Notes under the pieces: generated by a model | What the model was told of the DNA's origin: nothing | What the model saw: only the letters and a program-made list of their open reading frames with translations | Databases searched by the model: none | NCBI RefSeq assembly: GCF_018350175.1 | Contig: NC_058368.1 | Span: forward strand, 79,362,001-79,426,000 | DNA from: Felis catus | Lineage: Eukaryota | Length of the DNA stretch: 64,000 nt | Direction: 5' to 3' | Translations under genes and position numbers: made by a program | In this document: piece by piece, positions 63,523 to 64,000 of the stretch | Layout of the letters: each line of letters starts with the position of its first letter | Position numbering within the stretch: position 1 is the first letter of the stretch

Positions 63523-63790
63523 CAGGGGTCCGCAAACACTTCTGTAAAAAGGGCCATACGGGTCCCTGTCTGACTCCTCGACTCTGACGTCGTAGTGGGA
63601 AAGGCAGCCATAGCCGGTCTGTCAACACGTGATCCTGGTCGTGTTCTGATACCACTTGGTTTATGGGCGCTGAAATTCAAGTTCGGTATCTTTGCCCATG
63701 ATATGAAACGTTTCTCTTCTTTTATTTTTTTTCAAAATATTTTACATTAAAAATGTTTTACAGGCTGTAAGAAGCAGACGGCGTTCGTTT
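63523..63790 (+). mobile_element. MER58-like hAT DNA transposon relic
   Basis: caggggtccgcaaacacttctgtaaaaagggcca...gaaaggcagccatag...tttatgggcgctgaaattcaa. Confidence 0.7.
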
Positions 63791-64000
63791 ATGCATTCTA
63801 TGCTTCATGAACATTTTCATTCTGTTTCTGATCCAGAACAAAAAGATTTCAGTTAGAGCTGATACACATAAAAGCCGTGGCGACGATAATCCTACGTCTA
63901 AAAGAATATGAAAGCCATTAATTTCGAAGGAAATTGTATATTTGGGGGAAAAACACTTTTTTTTATCAACATCTAGTATCTTTAAAGCAACATAAAGGCC

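Noticed and set aside
1..64000. tRNA genes, CRISPR arrays or prokaryotic systems
   Set aside because: A/B-box matches all belong to tRNA-derived SINEs, no repeat-spacer array is present, and the DNA is mammalian.

Overview
Mammalian, almost certainly felid (cat-family), non-coding genomic DNA. The evidence is about 33 tRNA-derived carnivore SINEs, including the feline SINEC_Fc type, plus carnivore L1 3' ends. I recognise no protein-coding exon, RNA gene or pseudogene. The ORF track is explained by SINEs, L1 remnants, simple repeats or chance. The window is a mosaic of CanSINEs, old and young L1 fragments, L2, MIR, MaLR/ERVL solo LTRs (MLT1, MLT2) and hAT DNA transposon relics (MER5, MER58), between unique stretches that may hold enhancers. 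The most notable non-catalogue signals are a textbook-looking 13-nt micro-exon (4689-4701), a templated fold-back junction at an L1 5' truncation (~10000), a ~380-bp TGCATG-rich alternating purine/pyrimidine tract, a ~600-bp G-quadruplex-type minisatellite and a uniform minus-strand bias of L1s. I cannot support a novel biological system from the sequence alone. Repeat family names are from recalled consensus features and boundaries are approximate.
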